From positions 1 through 39,092 of the forward strand of contig CAJZDE010000001.1 in NCBI GenBank assembly GCA_915063165.1: a stretch of DNA of 39,092 bases. The letters run 5' to 3'. The stretch's first letter is position 1, and each line of letters opens with the position of its first letter. A program made the position numbers and the translations under genes. This DNA is from an uncultured Streptococcus sp. (GTDB lineage: Bacteria; Bacillota; Bacilli; Lactobacillales; Streptococcaceae). The notes beneath the pieces were generated by a model. It ran no database searches. It saw only the letters and a program-made list of their open reading frames with translations, and was not told the DNA's origin. Of the stretch, positions 1 through 10,445 are shown piece by piece.

Positions 1-2
1 AA

Positions 3-353
3 GGAAAACCAGAAGAATCTCACTTTGAAGCTAAGAAATTATCTGTTATTGACTGGCTCAAGTACTTGGCCTTGACTGCCATTATCTGGATTGGTATGGG
101 CTTGGCTTACCAAAGTATCAATAGCGCTCGCCCTTTCCGTGATAGTGTTACCGATGCGACCAATGGTGTTGGTCAACTCTTGATGACACGTCTCTACCGT
201 GAGCAATGGATTTTCTGGATTGCAACCAATCTCTTTAGTATCTACCTCTGGTGGGGTGAAAATATCCACATTCAAGGAATGTACTGGGTTTACACACTCA
301 ACAGTCTAGTGGGATGGTACCAATGGACCAAGGCAGTTCGAAAGGAGGCATAA
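3..353 (+). CDS. pnuC: PnuC-family nicotinamide riboside/mononucleotide transporter, C-terminal part (5' end lies outside the window)
   Basis: Frame is open from position 3 to the stop at 353. Hydrophobic, with PnuC-like motifs (PFRDS.TD, GQLLM...YREQWIFWI, GWYQW). Directly upstream of an NrtR-like gene. Confidence 0.85.
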   Translation, partial: GKPEESHFEAKKLSVIDWLKYLALTAIIWIGMGLAYQSINSARPFRDSVTDATNGVGQLLMTRLYREQWIFWIATNLFSIYLWWGENIHIQGMYWVYTLNSLVGWYQWTKAVRKEA

Positions 354-354
354 G

Positions 355-1128
355 ATGGCAGACATAAAGATTCCAGCAGGGATGACGGAAAAAGAATATT
401 TTGAAATCCATGCCAGTCAGGAGGAGTTTTTGGATTGGTACTACAAGCAGGAACTCCCTCAATATGAAAAACCAAGTGTGACAGTAGATATGGTAGCCTA
501 CTGCTTTGTTGAAGGAAAGATCAAACTCTTGCTGATCCGTCGCAAGGCTCACCCTTATCAAAACTGTTTGGCTCTGGTTGGAGGCTTTATGGATAAGGGA
601 GAGGATGCTGCGCATGCCTGTCAGCGCGAGGTGAGAGAAGAAGTCAATCTCGATCTACCTTTAGAAAAAATCGAGCAATTGATGACCGTATCGACTCCCG
701 GTCGTGATCCGCGTGGCTGGACGGTGACCATTGCCCACTTGGTTTATCTGCCTAGTCGCGCATTAGACCTCGTTCAGGCTGGAGACGATGCTAAGGATGT
801 GGTTTTTGTAGATGTGGATTTTCGGACGGGCAAGTGCTTCTTAGAGGGAGTAGAGTTGGAGGAGAGAGCCTTCGCCTTTGACCATTATGCTATTATCCAA
901 GAGTCCATCAAACGAATCCAAGGCCGTCTCGATTGGAATCCGACCTTCCTTTATCTGCTGGAAGAGGAGTTCACTGTTTACGAAGGAACTGAACTAGTCA
1001 ATCTCATCAACCCAGGTCGCCCAATCGTCAGCAATAACTTTCTCGTAAAATACGGCGAATATGTAGAAGAAGTCGGACTCAAACGAGTACCTAAAAAGAA
1101 ACCAAGAAAAACCTATCGATTGAAATAA
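355..1128 (+). CDS. Nudix hydrolase / NrtR-family transcriptional regulator (NAD salvage)
   Basis: PSVTVD motif, Nudix box (GGFMDKGE...REVREE), RDPRGW and AGDDA motifs, AFDH, and a C-terminal wHTH-like region. Coupled to pnuC. Confidence 0.8.
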   Translation: MADIKIPAGMTEKEYFEIHASQEEFLDWYYKQELPQYEKPSVTVDMVAYCFVEGKIKLLLIRRKAHPYQNCLALVGGFMDKGEDAAHACQREVREEVNLDLPLEKIEQLMTVSTPGRDPRGWTVTIAHLVYLPSRALDLVQAGDDAKDVVFVDVDFRTGKCFLEGVELEERAFAFDHYAIIQESIKRIQGRLDWNPTFLYLLEEEFTVYEGTELVNLINPGRPIVSNNFLVKYGEYVEEVGLKRVPKKKPRKTYRLK

Positions 1129-1162
1129 AGAGGCCGGGATCAAAATCCCGACCTCTTTGTTT
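1127..1162. terminator. Probably bidirectional intrinsic terminator
   Basis: AAAGAGGCCGGGAT-caaa-ATCCCGACCTCTTT hairpin with an A-run before and a T-run after. Confidence 0.75.
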
Positions 1163-1197
1163 GCCCTTATTAAGTTACTTTGTTGTTGCGGCTGTTT

Positions 1198-1341
1198 TTA
1201 TGAATGGCTATCTTTCTTAGAATTGCTCAACAGGTGAGTAAAAAAGTCTTTGTATCGATACTTGAGATAGTTCTCATGTAAAAATAACAAAGCGATATAA
1301 ACAATCAAAAAGATTGCAGTCAGATAGAAGACATCAAATGT
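1198..1341 (-). pseudogene. Possible C-terminal remnant of a membrane-protein gene (47 codons, no clear start)
   Basis: Minus frame reads TFDVFYLTAIFLIVYIALLFLHENYLKYRYKDFFTHLLSNSKKDSHS*: one TM helix plus a basic tail, ending about 35 nt before the bidirectional terminator. Confidence 0.35.
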
Positions 1342-1401
1342 CTAACACAATGCAAGCGATTACACAAAGGTGATGTAAAAATAGGACTCTAATTTTAAAA
1401 A

Positions 1402-1431
1402 TTTTCTATTTTTTTGTTTCAATTACGAATA
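1402..1431 (+). promoter_or_regulatory. ComX (sigma-X) combox / CIN box
   Basis: Exact TACGAATA at 1424-1431, preceded by the T-rich tract TTTTCTATTTTTTTGTTTC. Confidence 0.65.
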
Positions 1432-1474
1432 GAAATAGTAGAGAGAAATTTTTTAAAATAGTTTCTCTAAATAG

Positions 1475-1503
1475 TTGACAGATTTAAAGTCCAATGTTAC
1501 AAT
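1475..1503 (+). promoter_or_regulatory. Sigma-A promoter of the lipoprotein gene
   Basis: TTGACA (1475-1480), 17 nt spacer, TACAAT (1498-1503) with extended TG. Confidence 0.8.
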
Positions 1504-1512
1504 TGTATTACA
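1496..1512 (-). promoter_or_regulatory. WalR/VicR-type direct repeat overlapping the -10 element
   Basis: Minus strand reads TGTAAT-ACAAT-TGTAAC, an exact match to TGTWAH-N5-TGTWAH. Confidence 0.5.
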
Positions 1513-1557
1513 AAAAGATTTCTTAACATTTCAAAAATGTTACAAAGGAGTAGAAAA

Positions 1558-2241
1558 ATGAAAAAGAAAACCTATATCAAATTGATTGCAGCGACTGTAT
1601 TGGCTTCTACCTTGCTACTAGGAGCTTGTGGAAATAAAAACGAAACCACTCAAACCAGCAGCTCTGCCAAGACAAGTCAATCATCAAGCTCTAAAGCAGC
1701 TTCTTCTAGCAAAGAAAGCAAGACACAAAAATCTTCAAGCTCAGCTTCATCTGAAAAGGCTCAGGCATCTTCTGGTCAGTCTTCTACAACGGCAGATCAG
1801 TCACAAGCGAAACCGGCACCTGAATCAAGACAAGAACAAGCAGCTCCTAGTCAACAAGCTCGATCTCAGGCACCTTCAACTCAGCAAGACTCTCAAGCCC
1901 AGTCTAACCAGTCGGGCTATGATCCAACAACTGACCGCAAACTTCAAGACAAGCAAGCAGAACACAACAAACGCTACAAGGGTGTTTTAACCATGGTCGA
2001 TGGTGACTTCTCAGCAGCTGCAGGCAACTGGAAGGGAGCGAATGGCGAAACTATTACGGTTTCATCAGGGGGCCAATTTACAGTAGAAACTACAGATGGA
2101 AAGAAAGAAAACTATTCTATCAGAGGCTACTCTTATACCCTTGATGATGGCAAGTATAATGCCAAAATCGGTGGAGGAAAAATCATCCAAATTACAACAG
2201 GTGCGGATGGTAAAGTTTCAAGCGTTGCCTTGATTCAATAA
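1558..2241 (+). CDS. Lipoprotein with Ser/Gln/Ala-rich disordered linker and small C-terminal domain (DUF6287-like)
   Basis: RBS AGGAG before ATG 1558. Signal peptide with lipobox LGAC, then about 90 aa of low complexity. GDFSAAAGNWKGANG resembles the DUF6287 GDFS..AG.W motif as I recall it. Confidence 0.8.
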   Translation: MKKKTYIKLIAATVLASTLLLGACGNKNETTQTSSSAKTSQSSSSKAASSSKESKTQKSSSSASSEKAQASSGQSSTTADQSQAKPAPESRQEQAAPSQQARSQAPSTQQDSQAQSNQSGYDPTTDRKLQDKQAEHNKRYKGVLTMVDGDFSAAAGNWKGANGETITVSSGGQFTVETTDGKKENYSIRGYSYTLDDGKYNAKIGGGKIIQITTGADGKVSSVALIQ

Positions 2242-2266
2242 TAGTATCTAGATTTTCCTAGGATCT

Positions 2267-2302
2267 AAAAAACCGTAAACTCCAAGCGAGTTACGGTTTT
2301 TT
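2267..2302. terminator. Bidirectional terminator between the lipoprotein gene and dusB
   Basis: AAAAAACCGTAA...TTACGGTTTTTT inverted repeat between convergent genes. Confidence 0.85.
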
Positions 2303-2307
2303 GTGTA

Positions 2308-3288
2308 TTATGCTTTGTCTAATTGCAAGAGGGCTTCAATCTCTGCTAGGGTGTTAGCTTGTGAAATGGCTCCACGAAGTTTGGCAGCGCCAGATGTTCC
2401 TCGGAGATAGTGCGGAGCGAGGCCGCGGAATTCACGAACGGCTACGTTTTCTCCTTTGAGGTTAATCAAGCGTTTCAAATGTTCGTAGGCGATTTTCATC
2501 TTGTCTTCAAACGTCAAATCAGGGAGAATTTCTCCAGTTTCAAAGTAGTGGTTGATCTGGTTGAAGAGGTAGGGATTTCCCATGGCTGCGCGACCAATCA
2601 TGACAGCGTCAGCCCCGACTTCTTCGATACGCTGTTTGGCTTCTTGTACCGTACGGATATCACCATTTGCGATAAATGGAATCTTGGTCAGAGCTTGAGC
2701 AACCTTGTGAAGGGTCTCGAGGTCTGCGTGACCTGTGTACATTTGTTCACGGGTACGGCCATGCATAGCGAGGGCAGAGACACCTGCAGCCTCTGCAGCG
2801 AGGGCATTTTCCACGGCTAGGGATGGATCAGACCAGCCAGTGCGCATTTTGACAGTGAGGGGGATATCAAGGACAGATTGGACCTTGTTGATAATAGAGT
2901 AGATCTTGTCTGGATCCTTGAGCCACATAGCGCCAGCTTCGTTTTTCACGATTTTGTTAACTGGGCAACCCATGTTGATATCGACGATATCGGTCTTAGT
3001 ATTTTCTTGGATGAATTCTGCTGCGCGTGCTAGGCTATCTTCATCGCTACCAAAAAGTTGAATAGAAACAGGGTTCTCTCCTTCATCGATATGAAGCATA
3101 TGCAGGGTTTTTTCATTGTTGTATTGGATTCCCTTGTCAGAGACCATTTCCATGACAACGAGTCCAGCTCCGAGCTCTTTTGCGATAGTACGAAAGGCTG
3201 AGTTTGACACGCCAGCCATGGGTGCTAAAACAGTACGATTGGGAATCTCAACATTGCCAATCATAAAAGGTGTATTAAGATTTGTCAC
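2308..3288 (-). CDS. dusB: tRNA-dihydrouridine synthase DusB
   Basis: [24 protein letters not shown] and [11 protein letters not shown] motifs. Likely GTG start at 3288 with a GGAG RBS, overlapping the hslO end. Confidence 0.92.
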   Translation of the reverse strand: MTNLNTPFMIGNVEIPNRTVLAPMAGVSNSAFRTIAKELGAGLVVMEMVSDKGIQYNNEKTLHMLHIDEGENPVSIQLFGSDEDSLARAAEFIQENTKTDIVDINMGCPVNKIVKNEAGAMWLKDPDKIYSIINKVQSVLDIPLTVKMRTGWSDPSLAVENALAAEAAGVSALAMHGRTREQMYTGHADLETLHKVAQALTKIPFIANGDIRTVQEAKQRIEEVGADAVMIGRAAMGNPYLFNQINHYFETGEILPDLTFEDKMKIAYEHLKRLINLKGENVAVREFRGLAPHYLRGTSGAAKLRGAISQANTLAEIEALLQLDKA

Positions 3289-4147
3289 GAATGAGCTCCT
3301 CCAGGTCGTTTTCATCAAAGTTATGAGTTGTTTGGCAGAATTGACAAGTGATTTCTGCCCCGTGGTCTTCCTCTTTCATTTCCTCAAGGTCTGAATTTGG
3401 AAGGCTGGCAAGAGCGTTCATAAAACGGTCTTTACTGCAGTCACATTGGAAACGGATTTCTTCTTCAGATAGACGTTTGTAAGATTCGTCACCATAGATG
3501 GCCTTGAGAAGGGCTTCGATATGGTCATCGCTTTCCAGAAGGGTTGAGATGGCTGGCATTTCTTGGATGCGTTTTTCAAAGCGGGCAATCTCCTCGTCCT
3601 TGGCTCCTGGCAACACTTGGAGAAGGAAGCCACCGGCAACTTCGACCTTGTCGTCTTTGTCTAAAAGAACATTGAGGCCGACTGCTGAAGGAGTTTGTTG
3701 GCTTTCAGTCAGGTAATAGGCCAAGTCTTCACCGATTTCCCCAGAGATGAGGGGAGTCATGGAGTTGTAAGGATTTCCAGTACCATAGTCTGTGATAACG
3801 AGGAATTGACCGTTTCCAACAAAAGGTCCAACAAGGACTTCACCCGTTGCAGTTTTTTTGATATCTACACCGGGATTTTGCACATAGCCTTTGACGTTTC
3901 CCTTGGTATCTGCGACGGTGATGATGGCACCGAGAGAGCTGGTTCCAAGAACTTTAACAGTTAGTTTGGTATTTCCTTTTTCATTGGCTGCGAGAATTTG
4001 GCTAGCGATAAGGGTACGGCCAAGTGCAACAGTTGAACTGGCTTGAGTTTGATGTTTTTCTTGAGCAGTGCGGACGGTTTCAGTGCTATCAAGGACAAAA
4101 GCACGAAAGGCCCCGCTTTCTGATATAGTTTTAATAATTTTATCCAT
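3275..4147 (-). CDS. hslO: Hsp33 redox-regulated chaperone
   Basis: MDKIIK start at 4147. Zn-switch CDCS...CQFC, SGEIGED and [10 protein letters not shown] motifs. 290 aa. Confidence 0.95.
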   Translation of the reverse strand: MDKIIKTISESGAFRAFVLDSTETVRTAQEKHQTQASSTVALGRTLIASQILAANEKGNTKLTVKVLGTSSLGAIITVADTKGNVKGYVQNPGVDIKKTATGEVLVGPFVGNGQFLVITDYGTGNPYNSMTPLISGEIGEDLAYYLTESQQTPSAVGLNVLLDKDDKVEVAGGFLLQVLPGAKDEEIARFEKRIQEMPAISTLLESDDHIEALLKAIYGDESYKRLSEEEIRFQCDCSKDRFMNALASLPNSDLEEMKEEDHGAEITCQFCQTTHNFDENDLEELIRDKS

Positions 4148-4154
4148 AGCTACT

Positions 4155-4163
4155 ATTTTAGCA
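4155..4163 (-). promoter_or_regulatory. Extended -10 promoter of hslO-dusB (probably leaderless mRNA)
   Basis: Minus strand TGcTAAAAT only 7 nt upstream of the ATG. No Shine-Dalgarno. Confidence 0.6.
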
Positions 4164-4311
4164 TAAAAATGCCCAAAGGGGGAGTCGTGTGTTTGCTGTT
4201 TCTGTGGAATAATGACGAGGAAATCAACCTTAAAATAAAATGAGAAACAGATTATTTCAGCATTTGAAAGATTTATGCTATGCTTGAAGGAGAAAATGAA
4301 AGGGGTAACAA

Positions 4312-5739
4312 ATGTATTTAGGTGATTTGATGGAAAAAGCCGAATCTGGTCAATTTTTAGTCCTTTCCTTTCTGTTACAAGATTCGCAGACAACCGTCAA
4401 GGAAGCCATGGAAGAAACAGGCTTTTCAAAGGCGACTCTAACCAAGTACATCTCTCTGATTAACGAAAATGCCTTGGAAAGAGGGTTAGAGCTGGCCATC
4501 CACTTGGATGATGAAAGCTTGCGTCTGTCTGTCGGTACTGCCACAAAGGGGAGAGAGATTCGGAGCTTGTTTCTAGACAATGCCATTAAGTACCAAATTT
4601 TGGTTTACCTTCTCTATCACCAACAGTTCCTAGCCCATCAACTGGCTCAAGAATTGATGATTAGCGAGGCCACGCTTGGTCGCCACTTAGCTAGTCTAAA
4701 TCATATTTTGTCAGAGTTTGACTTATCTATCCAAAATGGTCGTTGGCGAGGTCCAGAGCATCAGATTCGTTACTTTTATTTCTGCCTTTTCCGCAAGGTC
4801 TGGTCCAGTCAGGAATGGGAAGGTCACATGCAGAAAGCTGAGAGAAAACAAGAGATTGCTAGCTTAGAAGAAATTTGCGGTGCCAGCTTGTCTTCGGGTC
4901 AGAAATTAGACTTGGTTCTCTGGAATCATATCAGTCAACAGCGCCTTCGGGTTAACGCCTGTCAATTTCAGGTTATAGAAGAAAAAATGCGGGGGTATTT
5001 TGACAATATTTTCTACCTTCGTTTGCTTCGAAAGGTTCCGTCCTTTTTTGCTGGGCAACACCTTCCTCTAGGAGCTGAGGATGGTGAGATGATGGTATTC
5101 TTTTCATTTCTCCTTTCCCATCGTATTTTGCCCCTTCATACTATGGAGTATATCCTTGGTTTCGGAGGGCAATTAGCCGATTTGTTGACGCAATTGATTC
5201 AAGAAATGAAGAAGGAGGAGTTGCTGGGGGACTGCACAGAGGACCATGTCACCTATGAACTCAGTCAGCTTTGTGGTCAAGTTTATCTCTATAAAGGCTA
5301 TATCTTGCAAGATCGTTACAAGTATCAGATAGAGCATCGGCACCCTTATTTGCTGATGGAGCATGACTTTCGAGATATTGCTCAGAAAATTTTCGCCTCC
5401 TTGCCAGCCTTTCATCAGGGGACGGATCTGGATAAGAAAATCCTCTGGGAATGGCTTCAGTTGATGGAGTATATGGCAGAAAATATAGGAAAACGTCTGA
5501 GAATAGGGCTAGATCTAACAGCAGGCTTCCTTGTTTTTTCGAGAATGTCGGCCCTTTTAAAACGATATTTGGAGTACAATCGTTTTATTGCCATTGAAGC
5601 CTATGATCCCAGTCGACATTATGATTTGTTAATTACCAACAACCCGATTCATAAGAAAGAACAGGCTCCGGTTTATTATTTAAAAAATGATTTGGATATG
5701 GAGGATTTGGCAAAGATTCGTCAGATGCTCTTTGCCTAA
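4312..5739 (+). CDS. Mga/AtxA-like HTH transcriptional regulator
   Basis: Two N-terminal HTH regions ([28 protein letters not shown]), G.EHQIRYFY motif, C-terminal EIIB-like YDLLITN. Candidate extended -10 TGcTATGCT at 4276-4284. Confidence 0.8.
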   Translation: MYLGDLMEKAESGQFLVLSFLLQDSQTTVKEAMEETGFSKATLTKYISLINENALERGLELAIHLDDESLRLSVGTATKGREIRSLFLDNAIKYQILVYLLYHQQFLAHQLAQELMISEATLGRHLASLNHILSEFDLSIQNGRWRGPEHQIRYFYFCLFRKVWSSQEWEGHMQKAERKQEIASLEEICGASLSSGQKLDLVLWNHISQQRLRVNACQFQVIEEKMRGYFDNIFYLRLLRKVPSFFAGQHLPLGAEDGEMMVFFSFLLSHRILPLHTMEYILGFGGQLADLLTQLIQEMKKEELLGDCTEDHVTYELSQLCGQVYLYKGYILQDRYKYQIEHRHPYLLMEHDFRDIAQKIFASLPAFHQGTDLDKKILWEWLQLMEYMAENIGKRLRIGLDLTAGFLVFSRMSALLKRYLEYNRFIAIEAYDPSRHYDLLITNNPIHKKEQAPVYYLKNDLDMEDLAKIRQMLFA

Positions 5740-5740
5740 A

Positions 5741-5764
5741 AGGCCTGAATTTTCAGGTTTTTTT
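5741..5764 (+). terminator. Intrinsic terminator
   Basis: GGCCTGAA-tt-TTCAGGTT followed by a T-run. Confidence 0.6.
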
Positions 5765-5798
5765 GTGAAATTCGCACAATCTCCTCACATTTTTTTAA

Positions 5799-7403
<1,605 letters not shown>

Positions 7404-7466
7404 TACTGTTTCTTGATGCAATGATTAGTTTAAGAATGAAACGACTCAGTTAGAAAGTGTGTAAAT

Positions 7467-9293
7467 ATGGAATTTTCAAAGAAAACACGTGAATTGTCAA
7501 TTAAAAAAATGCAGGAACGTACCTTGGATCTCTTGATTATTGGTGGAGGGATTACAGGAGCTGGTGTAGCTTTGCAGGCTGCAGCCAGTGGTCTTGACAC
7601 TGGTTTGATTGAAATGCAGGACTTAGCAGAAGGAACATCCAGCCGATCAACAAAATTGGTCCACGGAGGTCTGCGTTACCTGAAACAATTCGACGTAGAA
7701 GTGGTATCAGATACAGTTTCTGAACGTGCGGTGGTTCAACAAATCGCTCCACATATTCCAAAACCAGATCCAATGCTCTTGCCAGTTTACGATGAGAATG
7801 GAGCGACCTTTAGCCTCTTCCGTCTCAAAGTAGCCATGGACTTGTACGACCTTTTGGCAGGTGTTAGCAACACGCCAGCTGCTAACAAGGTCTTGAGCAA
7901 AGAAGAAGTCTTGGAACGCCAGCCAAACTTGAAGAAAGAAGGCTTGGTAGGAGGTGGAGTTTACCTTGACTTCCGTAATAATGATGCGCGTCTCGTGATT
8001 GAAAACATCAAACGTGCCAATCAAGACGGTGCCCTCATTGCCAACCACGTTAAGGCAGAAGGTTTCCTCTTTGACGAAAGCGGCAAGATTACAGGTGTTG
8101 TAGCTCGTGATTTGTTGACAGACCAAGTCTTTGAAATTAAGGCTCGTCTGGTGATTAACACGACAGGTCCTTGGAGCGATAAGGTACGTAATTTGTCTAA
8201 TAAGGGAACACAATTCTCACAAATGCGTCCAACTAAGGGAGTTCACTTGGTAGTGGATTCAAGTAAGATCAAGGTTTCACAGCCGGTTTACTTTGATACA
8301 GGCTTGGGAGATGGTCGTATGGTCTTTGTTCTCCCACGTGAAAACAAGACCTACTTTGGTACAACCGATACAGACTACACAGGTGATTTGGAACATCCAA
8401 AAGTGACGCAGGAAGATGTAGATTATCTACTTGGCATTGTCAACAACCGCTTCCCAGAAGCAAACATCACCATTGATGATATCGAAAGCAGCTGGGCTGG
8501 TCTTCGTCCATTGATCGCAGGCAATAGCGCTTCTGACTACAACGGCGGAAATAACGGTACCATTAGCGACGAAAGCTTCAATAGCTTGATTGCGACTGTC
8601 GAGGCTTATCTATCGAAAGAAAAATCGCGTGAAGATGTTGAGTCTGCTGTCAGCAAGCTTGAAAGCAGCACATCTGAGAAACATTTGGACCCATCTGCAG
8701 TTTCACGTGGTTCGAGCTTGGACCGTGATGACAATGGCCTCTTGACCCTTGCTGGTGGTAAAATCACAGACTACCGTAAGATGGCTGAAGGGGCTATGGA
8801 GCGCGTGGTTGACATCCTCAAAGCAGAATTTGACCGTAGCTTTAAACTCATCAATTCTAAGACTTATCCAGTTTCAGGTGGAGAATTGAACCCAGCAAAT
8901 GTGGACTCAGAAATTGAAGCCTTTGCGCAACTTGGAGTGTCACGTGGCTTGGATAGCAAGGAAGCTCATTACCTAGCAAATCTCTACGGTTCAAATGCAC
9001 CGAAGGTCTTTGCACTTGCTCACAGTTTGGAACAAGCACCAGGACTCAGCTTGGCAGATACCTTGTCCCTTCACTATGCAATGCGCAATGAGTTGGCTCT
9101 GAGCCCAGTTGACTTCCTCCTTCGCCGTACCAACCATATGCTCTTCATGCGTGATAGTTTGGATAGCATCGTTGAGCCAGTTCTAGATGAAATGGGACGA
9201 TTCTATGATTGGTCAGTAGAAGAAAAAGCAGCCTACCGTGCGGATGTTGAAGCAGTTCTTGCTAACAACGATTTAGCGGCATTAAAAAATTAA
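7467..9293 (+). CDS. glpO: Alpha-glycerophosphate oxidase (H2O2-producing, GlpO type)
   Basis: GGGITGAG FAD motif, GTSSRSTKLVHGGLRYL, GGKITDYR. 608 aa, between glpK and glpF. Confidence 0.92.
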   Translation: MEFSKKTRELSIKKMQERTLDLLIIGGGITGAGVALQAAASGLDTGLIEMQDLAEGTSSRSTKLVHGGLRYLKQFDVEVVSDTVSERAVVQQIAPHIPKPDPMLLPVYDENGATFSLFRLKVAMDLYDLLAGVSNTPAANKVLSKEEVLERQPNLKKEGLVGGGVYLDFRNNDARLVIENIKRANQDGALIANHVKAEGFLFDESGKITGVVARDLLTDQVFEIKARLVINTTGPWSDKVRNLSNKGTQFSQMRPTKGVHLVVDSSKIKVSQPVYFDTGLGDGRMVFVLPRENKTYFGTTDTDYTGDLEHPKVTQEDVDYLLGIVNNRFPEANITIDDIESSWAGLRPLIAGNSASDYNGGNNGTISDESFNSLIATVEAYLSKEKSREDVESAVSKLESSTSEKHLDPSAVSRGSSLDRDDNGLLTLAGGKITDYRKMAEGAMERVVDILKAEFDRSFKLINSKTYPVSGGELNPANVDSEIEAFAQLGVSRGLDSKEAHYLANLYGSNAPKVFALAHSLEQAPGLSLADTLSLHYAMRNELALSPVDFLLRRTNHMLFMRDSLDSIVEPVLDEMGRFYDWSVEEKAAYRADVEAVLANNDLAALKN

Positions 9294-9363
9294 GAAAAAC
9301 TAGAAGAGAGGGAGGTAAGCTTTCCTTGCCTTCTCTTTCCTTCTTTTAAATGGAGACAACGAT

Positions 9364-10068
9364 ATGATGAAAGAATTATTTGGAGAATTTTTGGGGACCT
9401 TAATCCTCATCCTCCTAGGAAATGGTGTTGTTGCAGGTGTGGTTCTTCCCAAAACCAAGAGCAACAATTCAGGATGGATTGTGATTACTATGGGATGGGG
9501 AATTGCTGTAGCCGTTGCAGCCTTTGTATCTGGCAGGCTCAGTCCAGCCCACCTAAATCCAGCCGTGACGTTTGCGATGGCCTTAAAAGGAACGCTCTCT
9601 TGGGCTTCTGTTTTCCCTTATATCCTAGCCCAATTCGCAGGAGCGATGGTGGCTCAGATTTTGGTTTGGTTGCAATTCAAACCGCATTATGAGGCAGAAG
9701 AAAATGCAGGCAATATCCTAGCAACTTTCAGTACTGGACCAGCCATCAAGAACACAGTTTCTAACTTGATCAGCGAAATCCTTGGTACCTTTGTTTTGCT
9801 CTTGACAATCTTTGCCTTGGGACTCTATGACCTTCAAGCCGGTTTAGGGACCTTTGCAGTGGGGACCTTGATTGTCGGTATCGGTCTTTCACTAGGTGGG
9901 ACAACGGGTTATGCCTTGAACCCAGCTCGTGACCTTGGACCTCGTATCATGCACAGCATCTTGCCAATTCCAAACAAGGGAGATGGGGACTGGTCTTATG
10001 CTTGGATACCAGTTGTAGGACCTATCCTCGGCGCGGCCCTAGCAGTTCTCGTATTTTCACTTTTCTAA
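9364..10068 (+). CDS. glpF: Glycerol uptake facilitator (aquaglyceroporin)
   Basis: Two NPA motifs (HLNPAVT, ALNPARD). Confidence 0.95.
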   Translation: MMKELFGEFLGTLILILLGNGVVAGVVLPKTKSNNSGWIVITMGWGIAVAVAAFVSGRLSPAHLNPAVTFAMALKGTLSWASVFPYILAQFAGAMVAQILVWLQFKPHYEAEENAGNILATFSTGPAIKNTVSNLISEILGTFVLLLTIFALGLYDLQAGLGTFAVGTLIVGIGLSLGGTTGYALNPARDLGPRIMHSILPIPNKGDGDWSYAWIPVVGPILGAALAVLVFSLF

Positions 10069-10089
10069 GAAAAATGAGCTTTTTGTAAT

Positions 10090-10123
10090 AGAGTTTGAGA
10101 CGGGAAGTCTCAGGCTCTTTTTT
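10090..10123 (+). terminator. glp operon terminator
   Basis: AGAGTTTGAGAC-gggaa-GTCTCAGGCTCT followed by a T-run. Confidence 0.8.
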
Positions 10124-10153
10124 GATGTTAAAATCATTAACATTTTAACTTGT

Positions 10154-10225
10154 CTTAAAATAAGCTAAAACCAACTTTTAAGTTATGGTAAACAGTTGAA
10201 AAAAAGGTTGATAAAGTGGTAAAAT
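10154..10225 (+). promoter_or_regulatory. dlt promoter with a reverse-oriented CiaR-like box
   Basis: TTGAAA (10196-10201), 18 nt, TGgTAAAAT (-10 at 10220-10225). Minus strand 10154-10170 reads TTTTAG-N5-TTTAAG, one mismatch to TTTAAG-N5-TTTAAG. Confidence 0.55.
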
Positions 10226-10293
10226 GTTAGGAAGATAAGATGCTAACAATACATACTGATAGCTAATAAAAACAATATATTAATGGATAGCTT

Positions 10294-10425
10294 ATGAAAA
10301 AACAACGAAATTTACATGTATTCTTAGGCCGGACGGCTCTATATTTTGTAATCCTGCTTGGCTTACTTTATTTTTTTAGTTACCTTGGTCAGAGCCAAGG
10401 CACCTTTATTTATAATGAGTTCTAG
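10294..10425 (+). CDS. dltX: Teichoic acid D-alanylation protein DltX (43 aa, absent from the ORF track)
   Basis: MKKQRNLHVFLGRTALYFVILLGLLYFFSYLGQSQGTFIYNEF*. The FIYNEF C-terminus is diagnostic and it sits directly upstream of dltA. Confidence 0.93.
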   Translation: MKKQRNLHVFLGRTALYFVILLGLLYFFSYLGQSQGTFIYNEF

Positions 10426-10445
10426 TTTAAAGGAGAAGAGGATCA

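Noticed and set aside
4148..4393. N-terminal extension of hslO
   Set aside because: Overlaps the divergent regulator and promoter; the Hsp33-like sequence starts at MDKIIK.
8699..8714. parS-like GTTTCACGTG in glpO
   Set aside because: Only one half-site matches and it lies in coding sequence.
10171..10200. ComE-like half repeat ACAGTTGAA upstream of dlt
   Set aside because: No matching left repeat at the required spacing, and it overlaps the -35.
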